NCBI RefSeq assembly: GCF_006345805.1
Contig: NW_021835489.1
Coordinates: forward strand, 1-40,052
Reading direction: 5' to 3'
DNA length: 40,052 nucleotides
DNA from: Octopus sinensis
Taxonomy: Eukaryota
Shown: positions 38,591 to 40,052 of the stretch, piece by piece
Position numbering within the stretch: position 1 is the first letter of the stretch
Layout of the letters: each line of letters starts with the position of its first letter
Notes under the pieces: generated by a model
Database searches by the model: none
What the model saw: only the letters and a program-made list of their open reading frames with translations
What the model was told of the DNA's origin: nothing
Position numbers and translations under genes: made by a program

Positions 38591-38864
38591 ATCTATGTAT
38601 CTTCCTATCGATTTATCTGTGTGTCTGTTTGTTTGTCTGTCTATCTATCTACTAGTGATATAATATATATATATATATATAACCTATCTATGTATCTTCC
38701 TAGCGATTTGTCTGTGTCTCTGTTTATTTGCCTGTCTGTCTATCAGCCGAGATTGCGAGGATGATCCGGTTCTTGACTGAGGATAGAAAACTTCGAATGA
38801 CCCGTCCTCGTTTTTTTTTTTGTATCGTCTATCTGGATGTTTTGCGTTCTTGTCCCTAGTGAGA

Positions 38865-38921
38865 CAGATAGATAGATAGATAAATAGATAGATAGACAGA
38901 TAGATAGATAGATAGATAGAC

Positions 38922-39014
<93 letters not shown>

Positions 39015-39015
39015 T
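38865..39015. repeat. (GATA)n microsatellite
   Basis: Directly visible. Confidence 0.95.
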
Positions 39016-39393
39016 ATTATTTCGTCTCAGAGTCATCCTGAATATCGACTCAAGGCACAGTGCGTTCACTAATTGTATATCGATGTATTTCTTAGCCATC
39101 ATCTAAATTCATTTTAAACACTTTAACGAGCATCTATTGAAGACGTATTCCTCACTAATGAAGGATCACAATTTCAGCGTAACAAGAAATCGTTCAGCTA
39201 CGATCCTGTTTCAATGAAGTATGTTCACTCTGTTATAGATGAGTGCGGTTGTGGGTGTGAGAGCGTGTGCGTGTGTATATGTGTGTGTATGTGTGTATGT
39301 CTGTTTGTATGTGTGTATGTGACTGTCTGTGTAATCGTGAATGCATGTGTATGTAAACACACACACATATATTATATATATATTATATATATG

Positions 39394-39426
<33 letters not shown>

Positions 39427-39622
39427 GTATAATTATATATATATTATAAATAATAAATATTAGGGAATATATCCAAATTTACAGGGAAAAAAAATCAGAT
39501 TTAGGATTAAATCCAATTTATAGTAAATATATAAAATATTATTTGAGACAAAACCCTATTTTGCAAAACAACAAGGAAGACTTAATCAATACATAAAATT
39601 TAATAAATAGTCAAAAAAACCG

Positions 39623-39665
39623 CCACTACAATCGTTTCTTGTCTTGATCGACAATCTTCAGGTGG
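39623..39665 (-). ncRNA. Minimal type I hammerhead ribozyme motif (solo)
   Basis: CCAC-CTGAAGA-TTGTC-gatcaa-GACAA-GAAAC-gatt-GTA-GTGG: 4-bp stem I, perfect 5-bp stem II, 2-bp stem III, GUA triplet with predicted cut after 39627. Confidence 0.8.
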
Positions 39666-40052
39666 ACTTCCAATCTAAAGATCAAAATTTTAAAATTAAA
39701 AATAATACTTTTAATAATTAAAGTATAAATGAAAAAATATAAGTATATTAATCCATATATAACCTATATATAATCCATATCGAAAATATAGACTAATTAC
39801 CACGAATTCCCTAAAAAACCATGATAAAACAAAACTCTTAAAAACATATAACGATAAAATCTCCCTTTGCTAAACTCTATAACAACCTATAAAGTAAACC
39901 CCCTAACCTAAACATTCACACACAAATACACACACGTAAACCACAGACTCACGACTTATACACATACCTATACTAACTTATAAGCTCAATATACACCAAA
40001 ACCCACTCCCTCCCCACACAGACAATTAACACATACATCCCAAAACCTAAAT

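Noticed and set aside
39214-39260. MKYVHSVIDECGCG, resembling a TGF-beta C-terminus
   Set aside because: No upstream cystine-knot pattern, no stop after CGC, and it runs straight into a degenerate (GT)n tract.

Overview
AT-rich animal genomic DNA, saturated with microsatellites ((TA)n, (CA)n, (GATA)n, (ATT)n, (CAT)n) and decayed transposons. The repeat repertoire looks like an octopus/coleoid cephalopod genome (inference from pattern recognition, no search run). No complete protein-coding gene can be supported. Most ORFs in the supplied track are microsatellite translations, and the rest are mainly transposon relics: R4/Dong-like and CR1-like LINEs, Penelope-like elements, Tc1/mariner fragments and tRNA-derived SINEs. 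The main discovery is at 21302-22712. It is a ~484-490 bp non-coding unit repeated ~2.4 times in tandem, preceded by an inverted partial copy and embedded in (TA)n. The two complete monomer junctions each carry a type I hammerhead ribozyme fold (8-bp stem I, CUGAUGA, extended stem II, GAAA, stem III with palindromic UGCA loop, GUC cleavage site), and the monomer is rich in hairpins whose non-Watson-Crick pairs are G-U on the + strand. This matches a retrozyme / non-autonomous Penelope-derived element that could release a ~484-nt self-cleaved, possibly circular, RNA. Two more solo minimal hammerheads (38094-38144 and 39623-39665, minus strand) and decayed Penelope-like RT/GIY-YIG relics occur in the same window. 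Other notable structures are a ~360-bp inverted duplication giving filled and empty sites of a SINE insertion, two near-perfect palindromes, a SINE/LINE shared 3' tail, and weak candidate exons of a minus-strand gene near the window start.
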